Positions 19,968-28,688 of a DNA stretch of 64,000 nt are shown here, piece by piece. Below the pieces are notes generated by a model. It was not told the DNA's origin. It did not search any database and saw only the letters and a list, made by a program, of their open reading frames with translations. A program made the position numbers and the translations under genes. The stretch is from positions 416,001 to 480,000 of the forward strand of contig CBDCYI010000009.1 of NCBI GenBank assembly GCA_965224085.1, read 5' to 3'. The stretch is from Candidatus Marinacidobacterales bacterium. Lineage in GTDB: Bacteria > Acidobacteriota > Vicinamibacteria > Marinacidobacterales > SMYC01. Positions within the stretch are counted from its first letter, which is position 1, and each line of letters starts with the position of its first letter.

Positions 19968-21362
19968 ATGCATGGAGAAACGAGGCGATCATGGTTTTTG
20001 CTACTCGTGCTAATGGTGGTCTGCGTGGCGGCAGCGCAGGCCCAGCCGGCGAAAAAGTTGGCGCTGGTGGGTGGCATGTTGCTGGATGGATACGAAGTAC
20101 CGCCGCTTCATCACGCCGCGGTTTTGATCGAGGGGAACAAGATCGTGGAGGTCGGGCGCGCTGCCGAGATCACCATCCCCGCTGACGCGACGGTGATCGA
20201 TACGCGCGGCCGAACGATGCTGCCGGGGCTCATCGAAGCTCATGCCCACATGGGGCTTCTCGGGCACGGCAACTACGCCAGGTGGTTCCCGTGGAAGCGC
20301 GAGCACAACCTCGAGGAACGGGTGTGGGAGATCTCGTCGAAGCAATTCATCAACGCCGGAATCACATCTGCAATCGACCTGGGAGGTCCTCTAGATGTTA
20401 GTCTCCGCGTCCGCGATCGGATCAACCGGGGAGAACTCGTCGGACCGCGCTTGCTGGTAAGCGGCCCTATGTTGAGAGGTGGGGAAGAGGCCATGCCCGG
20501 GATGGGCAAGGTCGATACCCCGGAAGCCGCGGCAAGGAACGCCGAGGCGTTGGCGAAGGCCGGAGTGGATGTCATCAAGGCCCAGATTGGCATCAATGAT
20601 GAGCTCTACGTAGCCATCGTCGAGACGGCCCACAAGTACGGCAAAAAGGTTCACGCACACGTTTACTTCCCGGATAAAGTCAAAGCCGCTCTCGATGCCG
20701 GCGTGGACGTCTTAACGCACGTGGGATCCGCCGGGACGCCCCCATACACTCCCGAGTTGATGAGGGAGATTGTGGTAAGCGGACGCCCCGTGGTGCCCAC
20801 CGGTGCGCACCGGGTGTGGGTGGTCCCAGCCACGATCAATTTTCCCGAGCGTCTCCAAGACCCACAGCTGAAAGAATATTTCGGACCCATGATTTACGAG
20901 GAGGTACAGGATTCTTTCAAGAACTGGCATACGCTACCGTATTTTGGGCCGCTCATCGGTCTCGGTGACACGCCTCGACAGATGTTCTTCGGCGACGCAT
21001 CTCTGAAGCAGTGGATTGACTCCGGTGCCGTGGTAGGAATGGGCACCGATTCCGGAACGCCGATGAACTTCAATACCGAGGCGCTCTGGCGCGAAATGAA
21101 GGCTTTCGTCGACCTGGGCATGTCTCCTCAGCGAACCATATCGGCGGCGACCCGTATCAACGCGCGCATCATGGGAATGGGGCGCGAGCTTGGAACCATC
21201 GAACCGGGAAAGCTCGCCGACATCATCGTCGTCAAAGGCGACCCCTTGTTCAACATCATGGCACTTGCCGATGTCGAAGTAGTCGTAAAGGACGGCGTTG
21301 TGTTGAAGGGCGGCCCCGGATCTGCCAGGCGACCAACATCCGATGGCGGATTTTGTAACTGA
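19968..21362 (+). CDS. Secreted amidohydrolase, paralog A6
   Basis: RBS GAGGAGG; signal peptide AQA|Q; EAHAH, IKA, HAH, TH and GTDSG motifs. Confidence 0.9.
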   Translation: MHGETRRSWFLLLVLMVVCVAAAQAQPAKKLALVGGMLLDGYEVPPLHHAAVLIEGNKIVEVGRAAEITIPADATVIDTRGRTMLPGLIEAHAHMGLLGHGNYARWFPWKREHNLEERVWEISSKQFINAGITSAIDLGGPLDVSLRVRDRINRGELVGPRLLVSGPMLRGGEEAMPGMGKVDTPEAAARNAEALAKAGVDVIKAQIGINDELYVAIVETAHKYGKKVHAHVYFPDKVKAALDAGVDVLTHVGSAGTPPYTPELMREIVVSGRPVVPTGAHRVWVVPATINFPERLQDPQLKEYFGPMIYEEVQDSFKNWHTLPYFGPLIGLGDTPRQMFFGDASLKQWIDSGAVVGMGTDSGTPMNFNTEALWREMKAFVDLGMSPQRTISAATRINARIMGMGRELGTIEPGKLADIIVVKGDPLFNIMALADVEVVVKDGVVLKGGPGSARRPTSDGGFCN

Positions 21363-21495
21363 CGACAAGGAAGCTCAGGCTGTTGGATCAATATATTAGA
21401 TATTAGCGGAGCCTAGCTCCACATTGGCCTGGGGTCACCGTTTTGCGCGGCTCCAGGCCCGCTTAGATTCTATGTGAATACTCAAGGAGGGTTAT

Positions 21496-22758
21496 ATGCG
21501 AATCCCGCGATTCGTTTTGATGGCGGTTTTCATCTCTTCCGCATTTGCCGGCGCCCAGCAGGCTCCTACCGTGCTGAGCGTCACCACCGTGCTCGACGGG
21601 AGGGGTGGCATCGTCCGAGATACCAAGCTCGTCGTCGAAGGATCGCGGATCGTGGCAATCGATCCGGATGCCCAAGGCGTTACTTATGACCTCACCGGCC
21701 TCACCGTGATGCCTGGTTGGATTGATACACACGTTCACAGCAACCATCACTTCGATCGAGAGACGGGTAGAGCCCAGTTCGGGGGCGCCCCGTCCGAGGC
21801 GGACGAGGCCCTGCGGTGGGCTTCACAGGGGGCACTCTACGAGATGCAGAACCTTTACGCGACGCTCATGGCCGGCTTCACCACGGTGCAGAGCCTTGGG
21901 TCGTCCCGTTTCGATATCGACTTCCGCGATTGGATTGCCGAGGGCAGGATACCGGGCCCCAGGCTTCTGACGTGCATTCGACCGGTCCGCGAAACGACTG
22001 GCAGTCCCGACGAGATCCGGGCGTTTGTGCGGCAACTAGTTGCCGAGGGCGCGGACGTCATCAAAATTCGAGCTACCGCCAGCATCCGTGACGGCGGCGC
22101 TCAGACGATGACCGATGAGCAGATCCAAGCTGCTTGCGGCGAGGCAACGGTTCTGGGAAGGCGTTCGGCCGTTCATGCGCAGGCACCCGAAGGCGCCAAA
22201 GCGGCCGTCCTCGCCGGTTGCACCACCATCGAGCACGGGAACCGGCTGACCGACGAGGTCCTGGATCTGATGGTCCAGCATGGGACGTACCTCGATACCC
22301 ACAATGGAATACTGCTCCACAACTACCTTGAGAACAAGCACAGGTATCTCGGCATCGGCAACTGGGACGAGGAAGGCTTTGCCTACATGGAAAAGGGGGT
22401 TGCCATCGGGATCGAAACATTCGAGCGGGCTTTGAGAAAGGACGTGAAGATTGTCTTCGGAACCGACGCGGTTGCGGGTATCCACGGACGGAATTTCGAG
22501 GAGTTCGTCTATCGGGTGCGCGACGGCGGACAAGATCCAATGGAGGCCATCGTAAGTGCCACCTCGCTCGCGGCAGAGTCGCTAGGCATGCAAGACAAGA
22601 TTGGCACAATTGCACCCGGTATGGAGGCTGATATCATTGCCCTCGACGGCGATCCACTGCGGGATATCACAGCCGTCCGGCGAGTCGTCTTTGTCATGAA
22701 GGGCGGTAGGATATTCAAGAATGAATCCCTGAACGTCGGCGACAAGGTTAGTGAGTGA
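21496..22758 (+). CDS. Secreted amidohydrolase (Xaa-Pro dipeptidase-like), divergent
   Basis: RBS AAGGAGG; MPGWIDTHVH, IKI, VHA, IEHG, FGTDA and GTIAPGMEADII motifs. Confidence 0.9.
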   Translation: MRIPRFVLMAVFISSAFAGAQQAPTVLSVTTVLDGRGGIVRDTKLVVEGSRIVAIDPDAQGVTYDLTGLTVMPGWIDTHVHSNHHFDRETGRAQFGGAPSEADEALRWASQGALYEMQNLYATLMAGFTTVQSLGSSRFDIDFRDWIAEGRIPGPRLLTCIRPVRETTGSPDEIRAFVRQLVAEGADVIKIRATASIRDGGAQTMTDEQIQAACGEATVLGRRSAVHAQAPEGAKAAVLAGCTTIEHGNRLTDEVLDLMVQHGTYLDTHNGILLHNYLENKHRYLGIGNWDEEGFAYMEKGVAIGIETFERALRKDVKIVFGTDAVAGIHGRNFEEFVYRVRDGGQDPMEAIVSATSLAAESLGMQDKIGTIAPGMEADIIALDGDPLRDITAVRRVVFVMKGGRIFKNESLNVGDKVSE

Positions 22759-24960
22759 GTGAGGCAAGAAGGCACTGGCGATACTCCCCCCTTCGATGTG
22801 CTCAGCCGAGGAGTTGACCGGTCAGGTCGCAGTGGCAAGCCATGCCGGCTCGCTTTGGCCGGCTCGCTTTGGAAAGTGCAGCTCGTGAATCGGCTTCGGT
22901 GGCTTTCGCTGCTCCTGGCCTTCTCGGTCAGTGCGCTCGCTCAAAACGAGCGTTTAGACAGGCTAACGCCGGAAAAGCGCAAGTGGTTGGAGGAGGAGGT
23001 CGTCTATATTATCAGCGAAGTGGAGAGGGAGGTCTTTCTTTCGATCGAGACTCTCGAAGCAGGCGATCATTTCGTCGAGGCCTTCTGGAGGCGGCGCGAC
23101 CCGAATCCCGCCACTCCTCAAAACGAATTCAAGCAGGAGCACTACCGTCGCTTCGACTACGCCAACAGATTCCTTGGGCGGGAGACGTCCATCCCCGGGT
23201 GGAGGACGGATCGGGGACGCATGTACATCATCCTCGGCGAGCCCCGCGAAAAGCAGGTCTTCGTGGGGTTGAACGAGCTGGTTTCCAGCGAAATGTGGTT
23301 CTATCAGGGAGACGTGGAAAAGGGACTCCCCCCCTTCTTTTATCTGATGTTCTTCAAGAAACAAGATCTGGGTGACTTCCAGCTCTACAGTCCCATCGCT
23401 GACGGACCAAGGGCGCTTCTCCAAAACCAGTACGCCTTTCGCGAGGACGATCGCCAAGCTTTCGCCCGACTGCGGGAGATTTCGCCCGAGCTGGCACGGG
23501 TCTCGCTGTCACTCGACCCCAGCGATCCCGGCGACTACGAGAGGGGCGATGTATCACTTGGTGCCGACCTGTTGATTTCCCGGATCGAGGAATCAGCTAC
23601 CCGAGCCACCCGCAACGATCATGCCTGGGCCTGGCTTCGTTACGGCAGGAAGGTGGCGTCGGAATATTCCTTCAACTTCGTCCCCAGCCGGATCTTTTTC
23701 GCGGTCTTGCCAGGTCCAGAAGCGACTTCCTTCGTTCATTACAGCATCGAGCTCGACTCCGAGAACTTCACTATGGAAACGGATGAGCGTGGCACTCGCT
23801 TCTACACCACCCTCGACGTCAGTCTGGAAGTCACTGAGCCAGGGGGCACCGTAGTGGAGGCCTCTGATAAAGAAGTCTATGTAGAGCTCACTGCCGCCGC
23901 GGCCAGCCAGGTTGGTGCTTCTCCCTTCGCTTTCCAGGAAGCGTTCCCGCTCATCCCTGGAGACTATAAGGTCACGGTGATTTTGAGGAACCGCGTCGTC
24001 AAGCAATACACGGTAGCCGAGCACGAGGTGAGGGTGGCGCCCATTCCAGTCGAAAAACCGGGGCTAAGCGAGATCATCCTCGGGTACCGCAGTGAGCCGG
24101 TGGGCGACGCAAAAGGAGGAGAGCTACGCGCTTTCCAAATCGGCGGCTACCGTGTCTATCCCGCAGCGGAAGGGATTTTCGCCTCGGAGGACGATGCCCG
24201 TGTAGCCTTTCAAGTCATGGGAAGCAGACCCGACGACCGGCTGGATATTGCACTGCTCAACGGCAAGCAGAAGCTCCAAGAGCGTTCCATCTCGTTGGAC
24301 GCGCATCCCAACGGGCTAATTAACGAAGTCTTTCCGTTGCGAGAAACGGTCGGCGGCCGCTACGAGCTTCGTGTGCAGCTCATCGATCCCTCGGGTAGTT
24401 CCGTTGCTGAGAGCTCCGCCAGCCTTGTGGTTTCACCCCGGTCGATAATATCTCGTCCAGGTTTCTACAGCCGAAGGGCTTTCGACGCCGCTAGGCCCGG
24501 GCTGCTCTCTCTGGCCCGCGGTTCTCAGCTGCTAAACTTGAAGCGCACCGAGCAAGCGCGGCTGGAACTGGAAAAAGCTGTGGCTGTCAATCCCGAGCTC
24601 GGCGTCGCGCAGTGGGGACTCGCCTGGATCTTCATCCGACAGAGAGAGGCAGAGCGAGCACTACATCTTCTGCTTCCCTTGGAAGCGAATTTCCCCCGCC
24701 AGTACGAGGTGGTGGCGGGAATCGGGTTTGCCTCCTACCTCAACCACGATTTCTCGCGAGCGGCGCAGTACCTGGAGCAGGCGATGTCCATCCGAATGCC
24801 CGATACGGTGCTTCTCAACATGCTAGGAGACAGCTATCAGCAGTTGGGGCGCCTGAACGAGGCCGAGGAGGCATTCGAACGCTCCCTAGAGCTCCGACCC
24901 CAGCAGAAGGATATAAAAGAGCGCCTGTCTGCCATCGGGCGGGACAAAGTCTCACGGTGA
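22759..24960 (+). CDS. GWxTD domain protein with C-terminal TPR repeats (true start probably near 22876-22885)
   Basis: WLEEEVVYII, FWRRRDPNP and PGWRTDRGRMYIILGEP motifs; signal peptide ALA|Q; terminal TPRs. Confidence 0.88.
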   Translation: MRQEGTGDTPPFDVLSRGVDRSGRSGKPCRLALAGSLWKVQLVNRLRWLSLLLAFSVSALAQNERLDRLTPEKRKWLEEEVVYIISEVEREVFLSIETLEAGDHFVEAFWRRRDPNPATPQNEFKQEHYRRFDYANRFLGRETSIPGWRTDRGRMYIILGEPREKQVFVGLNELVSSEMWFYQGDVEKGLPPFFYLMFFKKQDLGDFQLYSPIADGPRALLQNQYAFREDDRQAFARLREISPELARVSLSLDPSDPGDYERGDVSLGADLLISRIEESATRATRNDHAWAWLRYGRKVASEYSFNFVPSRIFFAVLPGPEATSFVHYSIELDSENFTMETDERGTRFYTTLDVSLEVTEPGGTVVEASDKEVYVELTAAAASQVGASPFAFQEAFPLIPGDYKVTVILRNRVVKQYTVAEHEVRVAPIPVEKPGLSEIILGYRSEPVGDAKGGELRAFQIGGYRVYPAAEGIFASEDDARVAFQVMGSRPDDRLDIALLNGKQKLQERSISLDAHPNGLINEVFPLRETVGGRYELRVQLIDPSGSSVAESSASLVVSPRSIISRPGFYSRRAFDAARPGLLSLARGSQLLNLKRTEQARLELEKAVAVNPELGVAQWGLAWIFIRQREAERALHLLLPLEANFPRQYEVVAGIGFASYLNHDFSRAAQYLEQAMSIRMPDTVLLNMLGDSYQQLGRLNEAEEAFERSLELRPQQKDIKERLSAIGRDKVSR

Positions 24961-25464
24961 GTCCAGGAAGCGGTCGGAGGCCGAGCCGTTTCTCGTGCCG
25001 ACAGTATGCTCGGGTGAGGAGGCGGAAATTTCATAGCCGGTAGGGTCGACGGCGGCCTGAGGAACTGGCTGCGCAGTTTTTGCAAATCGAGTTGGCCCCA
25101 TCGTGGCGCGGGTTTTACGCTGGGTGGCGTTGAGCTCGTTGTCGTCGCGGGGTAAAGAAGAAAGCGGCGGAGTTGCTGGGCTTGAAGCCCACGATGATGT
25201 GTGACCAACCAACGCCGGCCCGGGGGAAGAATTAGAAACGCCGCAGCGGCGGCCGTCCATGTGATACCCACGCCGATCGCCGCATAGGTTTTGAGTGGGT
25301 CCATTTCAACGTCGCGAACTTGGGTTCCGACGATGCCAACGGCGAATAGGAGGCCAACTTGGAAACAACTGGAGGGCCCAAACAAAGACCGGCCAAAAGC
25401 GGGAGGTAGCGTCTTGTATAGTCTTTCGCTTGTCGATTTTAGCAGGTCGGCAGGCGGGCCGGGG

Positions 25465-25508
25465 AAGAATAGGAAAAATCACGCTGGTCGAGCGCGCGAA
25501 GATTAGTC
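25465..25508 (-). repeat. Orphan 44-bp copy of the IS91-like element terminus (partner at 31230-31273)
   Basis: AAGAATAGGAAAAAT(C/A)ACGCTGGTCGAGCGCGCGAAGATTAGTC, with one mismatch between copies. Confidence 0.85.
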
Positions 25509-25625
25509 CGCTAATAAACCCGCCGCCTTTGGCGGCGTGACCCGAAGAGCTTCGAGCGATGCGGCGTGTGCTAGGTTCCCCCCCCCCCGGAAGACCCTGT
25601 GGGGGCCTCCGAAAGGAGAACCTGC

Positions 25626-26593
25626 ATGCACGAATGGAAAAGCCTGTCGCAAGTGCGATGGGAATGCAAGTAGCACGTGGTGATCATCCCCAAGTATCGT
25701 AGAAGGGTGTTATATGGGGACCTTCGTCGCCGCGTGGGGCGAATTCTTCGAGAGCTTTGTGAGCAGAGAGGAGTAGAAGTGAACAACCACCGCCTAGAAG
25801 GCGGTGGCTTCAAGGGCTGTCAATTGGAAATTGACTGTCGTCGTGAAGAGGCTCGCCATCCTGGGAGTCTATGTACTCCTTTACCATCTCGTCCGTTATG
25901 CTTCCTGAACTCACCGCCAGATATCCTCGGGCCCAGAAGTGCCGGCCCCAAAACTTCTTCCTCAGGTGAGCAAACTCCTGAAGGAGTACTCGGGAGCTTA
26001 TTCCTTTTAGCCACTGCACGATCGTACTCAAGGTCCTGGTGTGGTCGGTAGGATACGAACACGTGGACGTGGTCGCGTGCAACCTTACCCGAGATTATGT
26101 GCAGCTCATGTTCCATCGCGATCTGACGAATCAGATCGCGCACACGAACCGCTACTGGACCGATCAAAACCTTTTTACGATATTTCGGTATCCAAACGAT
26201 GTGCGCTTTTAGGTCCGTTTTCGTGTGCGCTCCGTGCCTGTAGTGACGCACGCGACCACAATACCACGATCTTCTCTTCGCCTAAAGGCGAGGGGTTTCG
26301 ACCATCCCCGGAAGAGACACTAATAGAAGGCAACGCGCAACCGGACCACATCCACCTGTGTATGAGCATACCTCCCAAGTACAGCGTATCTCACACGATC
26401 GGTTTTCTGAAAGGGAAGAGTGCAGTACGCATCCATCGAGAATTGCTGAAAGAACGCCGGATGAGGGGCTTGCATTTTTGGGCGAAGGGGTACTGTGTGA
26501 GTACGATTTGGCCTTGACGAGGAGCGAATAAGAAAGTACATCCGGGAGCAAGAAAAGCTTGAGTCTCGCCAAGGTGATCTCGACCTGAGTTAA
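25626..26593 (+). pseudogene. tnpA: IS200 TnpA of the outer element (internal stop, insertion and frameshift)
   Basis: Removing 25779-26319 restores ...ELCEQRGVE|LIEGNAQPDHIHLCMSIPPKYSVSHTIGFLKGKS...FWAKGY. In-frame TAG near 25671. Confidence 0.88.
25779..26319 (-). mobile_element. IS200/IS605-family element, copy 2 (541 bp; a 1-nt insertion near 26030 frameshifts tnpA)
   Basis: Identical to 11095-11634 apart from TACTCAAGG versus TACTCAGG. Same TTAG target and no TSD. Confidence 0.92.
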
Positions 26594-26811
26594 CGAGAGA
26601 CGGCCCCAACGGGGCCTTCCCAACATCATCGGCCCCCTCGGGGGGCCTTCCTAAACCCACGCCCTATGGGCGTGGTCGGTGTTTGACGGACCCGCGTAGC
26701 TGGCAAATGTCTACGGTCGACACGTCGGGCTCCCTTACATATCGGTCGATCGGTTCAACTTCCTGAAACCAGGCTAGTTCCACGCTTCGCGCGCGGTGAG
26801 CCGCCACGGCC

Positions 26812-26908
26812 CGTCGGAACCTTTTACAATGTCTTCCCCCACGTAAAACGCACATGACTCCTAAATCATTGAGAGGACGCCGGTTGCTTTATAGGCATTC
26901 ATTTTGCA
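26812..26908 (+). promoter_or_regulatory. Sigma54-type promoter with TTTACA enhancer-like box and IHF-like site upstream of the PEP-CTERM gene
   Basis: CGTCGGAACCTTTTACA plus an inverted TGTCTTCCCCACGTAAAA; TAAATCATTGA (IHF-like on the minus strand); AGGCAT-TCATT-TTGCA with GG (26894-5) N10 GC (26906-7). Confidence 0.6.
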
Positions 26909-26965
26909 TCTGAGATCGAGGGCTGCGACGTGTCGTCGCAGGGCGAATGGGCGAAGGTCAATCGA

Positions 26966-27142
26966 ATGAGGAACGTCATGGGCGCACTGGTTAGGCTAGT
27001 CATCTATCTCTTAGCGATTCCAGCGATCGCACTCGCTGAGATTCCAGGACCGGCCGTCCCTGAGCCCGGCACCATGGCGCTTATCGCGCTCGGCGCCGTC
27101 ATCGGCATCGGCGTCAGGAGTTTGCGCCGCAGGCGCAAGTAA
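26966..27142 (+). CDS. Very small PEP-CTERM protein
   Basis: Signal peptide ..PAIALA, then EIPGPA, VPEPGT, a hydrophobic helix and RRRRK. The start could be 26966 or 26978. Confidence 0.8.
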   Translation: MRNVMGALVRLVIYLLAIPAIALAEIPGPAVPEPGTMALIALGAVIGIGVRSLRRRRK

Positions 27143-27307
27143 CGCCTGGATCGCTGCGCCGGGATCAGTGCGGCGCAGACACGGATTGCAAGACGAGGCT
27201 ACCTTTTTCGTCATGACACGATCGACGACGGCCGCTCTCCAACGGGACGAGCGGGATTAGATGCTACAGAGTACGAGTGGAGACGAGTTCCTGCCTCGCC
27301 TGAGGAG

Positions 27308-28390
27308 CTATCGACTGGCCCGGACGTCGTCGTATGTTTGCTGTACGAACCCGCTCTGGTCGAGTTCGCGCAGGATACGATCGTCGTAGAAATCCTCCGG
27401 CTCGTACTTCCGCATCTCGTGGGAGTCGTAGACCTCCATCGTCCGGCGAATACCGTCGTAGCATGGAAACGGTATTCGGGGAATCGCCGAAAGGTCATAC
27501 ATGAGCTCTGCATACCAGAGCGGAACGCCGTTCCAACGCTGAGCGACGTCCAGCGCGAGACCCCGATCCTCATGAAAGAGAGCAATCCCCTCGACAAGGG
27601 CTTTCAGGAAGCGGCGCATGGCTTCCTCATGCTCCGCGTCGTCTAGCCAGCGCCTCACGACTCGGACGCTGTTTCCGCCTACGGGGAGGTCACCCCAGCT
27701 CCGGGTATCCAGAAGTACTGGAAATCCTTCTTTTTGCGCCTCCGCATAGCGCCTCTCCCGTGCCACGATCGCATCCACTCGTCCTGCACGAAGATCGCTC
27801 ACCTCCGCTCCGTTGAGAATGATCGAGATGTCATTCACTGGGTCCCATCCCATCCGGTCGGCCAACTCGAGCACCACATATGCGGTGATGTTGTGCATCA
27901 GGCCCGACACGCCGATTCGCTTGCCCTTCAACTCTTCCAGACGCTCTATGCCGTGCGCGGCAACGATATGAGACCGGACGACGCAGTCCGTCGAGGCGAG
28001 CAGCACCAGCCCTCGATAGTCTAGATCGTTCACGCTCGCCACAACCTCCGGGGTGGCACCGTTCACAGTCACCTCTGGGCGCCATGGCCTTTGAAGGAGA
28101 CGATCCAATGCTCGCCGGACGAGAGAGCGTTCGCCTAGACCTCCTTCGAAATCTGGGGGTGGCATCCTGAGCTCGACGTCCAGACCGTACTTCGCGTACA
28201 GACCTTGGTCGGCCGCGATCAAGAAGGGGAGCTTGCTCACGGCCCGTGAGCCAAGTTCGACCTGCAGGGGCAGAGCATCGCTTGGCGCCAGCACGGTCCA
28301 GGCCCCGATACCGAGAGCGATTGATCCGACGACCGCAACCCCGAGTCGAACTCGCGATCTCACGGTCGGGGTCATTCGGCGCTCAATCAT
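27308..28390 (-). CDS. ABC transporter substrate-binding protein, NMT1/SsuA/THI5-like (orphan)
   Basis: LPFLIAADQGLYAKYGLDVEL, LEELKGKRIGVS, AGRVDA and RRFLKALVEG motifs; N-terminal membrane anchor. Confidence 0.8.
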   Translation of the reverse strand: MIERRMTPTVRSRVRLGVAVVGSIALGIGAWTVLAPSDALPLQVELGSRAVSKLPFLIAADQGLYAKYGLDVELRMPPPDFEGGLGERSLVRRALDRLLQRPWRPEVTVNGATPEVVASVNDLDYRGLVLLASTDCVVRSHIVAAHGIERLEELKGKRIGVSGLMHNITAYVVLELADRMGWDPVNDISIILNGAEVSDLRAGRVDAIVARERRYAEAQKEGFPVLLDTRSWGDLPVGGNSVRVVRRWLDDAEHEEAMRRFLKALVEGIALFHEDRGLALDVAQRWNGVPLWYAELMYDLSAIPRIPFPCYDGIRRTMEVYDSHEMRKYEPEDFYDDRILRELDQSGFVQQTYDDVRASR

Positions 28391-28688
28391 CGGCTAGGAT
28401 ATCTTGGAGCTAGGGCGACAAAAATCGCTACACCGGGTGACTCCTCCAAGTCTCGCTCCGGCACAGTCAAGTGTCCGGTCTGTTATCGCGCGGTTGCTCA
28501 GCCCGTTCGTAGAATGCGGAATTGATACTATACACTACAGTTGTTGGTCGAGAGTTTGCTCACCGGAAGCGCTGAGCGACGGGCGCTGCGGATCGGGGCC
28601 GGCCCGCAATTGTGGAGGGTTTTATCTGTCCTCGGCAGAGTCCACGATAGATAGCTTTGGAAATCATGGCGTGAACACCCCCGTACCT

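Larger units (their letters stand above)
25507..26687 (+). mobile_element. Second IS200-family element (outer), interrupted by IS200 copy 2
   Basis: Follows TTAG (25503-06). Left hairpin CGCCGCC-TTT-GGCGGCG; right hairpin CCACGCCC-TAT-GGGCGTGG followed by TTTGAC. Exact ends are inferred. Confidence 0.75.

Noticed and set aside
1-21362. Amidohydrolase array as a DGR, integron or shufflon
   Set aside because: There is no reverse transcriptase, tyrosine/serine recombinase or attC-like site, and no adenine-specific TR/VR pattern. Duplication plus conversion explains it.
24960-25460. Possible integrase remnant (VHFNV) or ncRNA after the GWxTD gene
   Set aside because: Only a 5-residue resemblance, with no convincing structure.
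25669-25673. In-frame TAG in the outer tnpA as stop-codon recoding
   Set aside because: The gene is also disrupted by an insertion and a frameshift, so it is simply a pseudogene.
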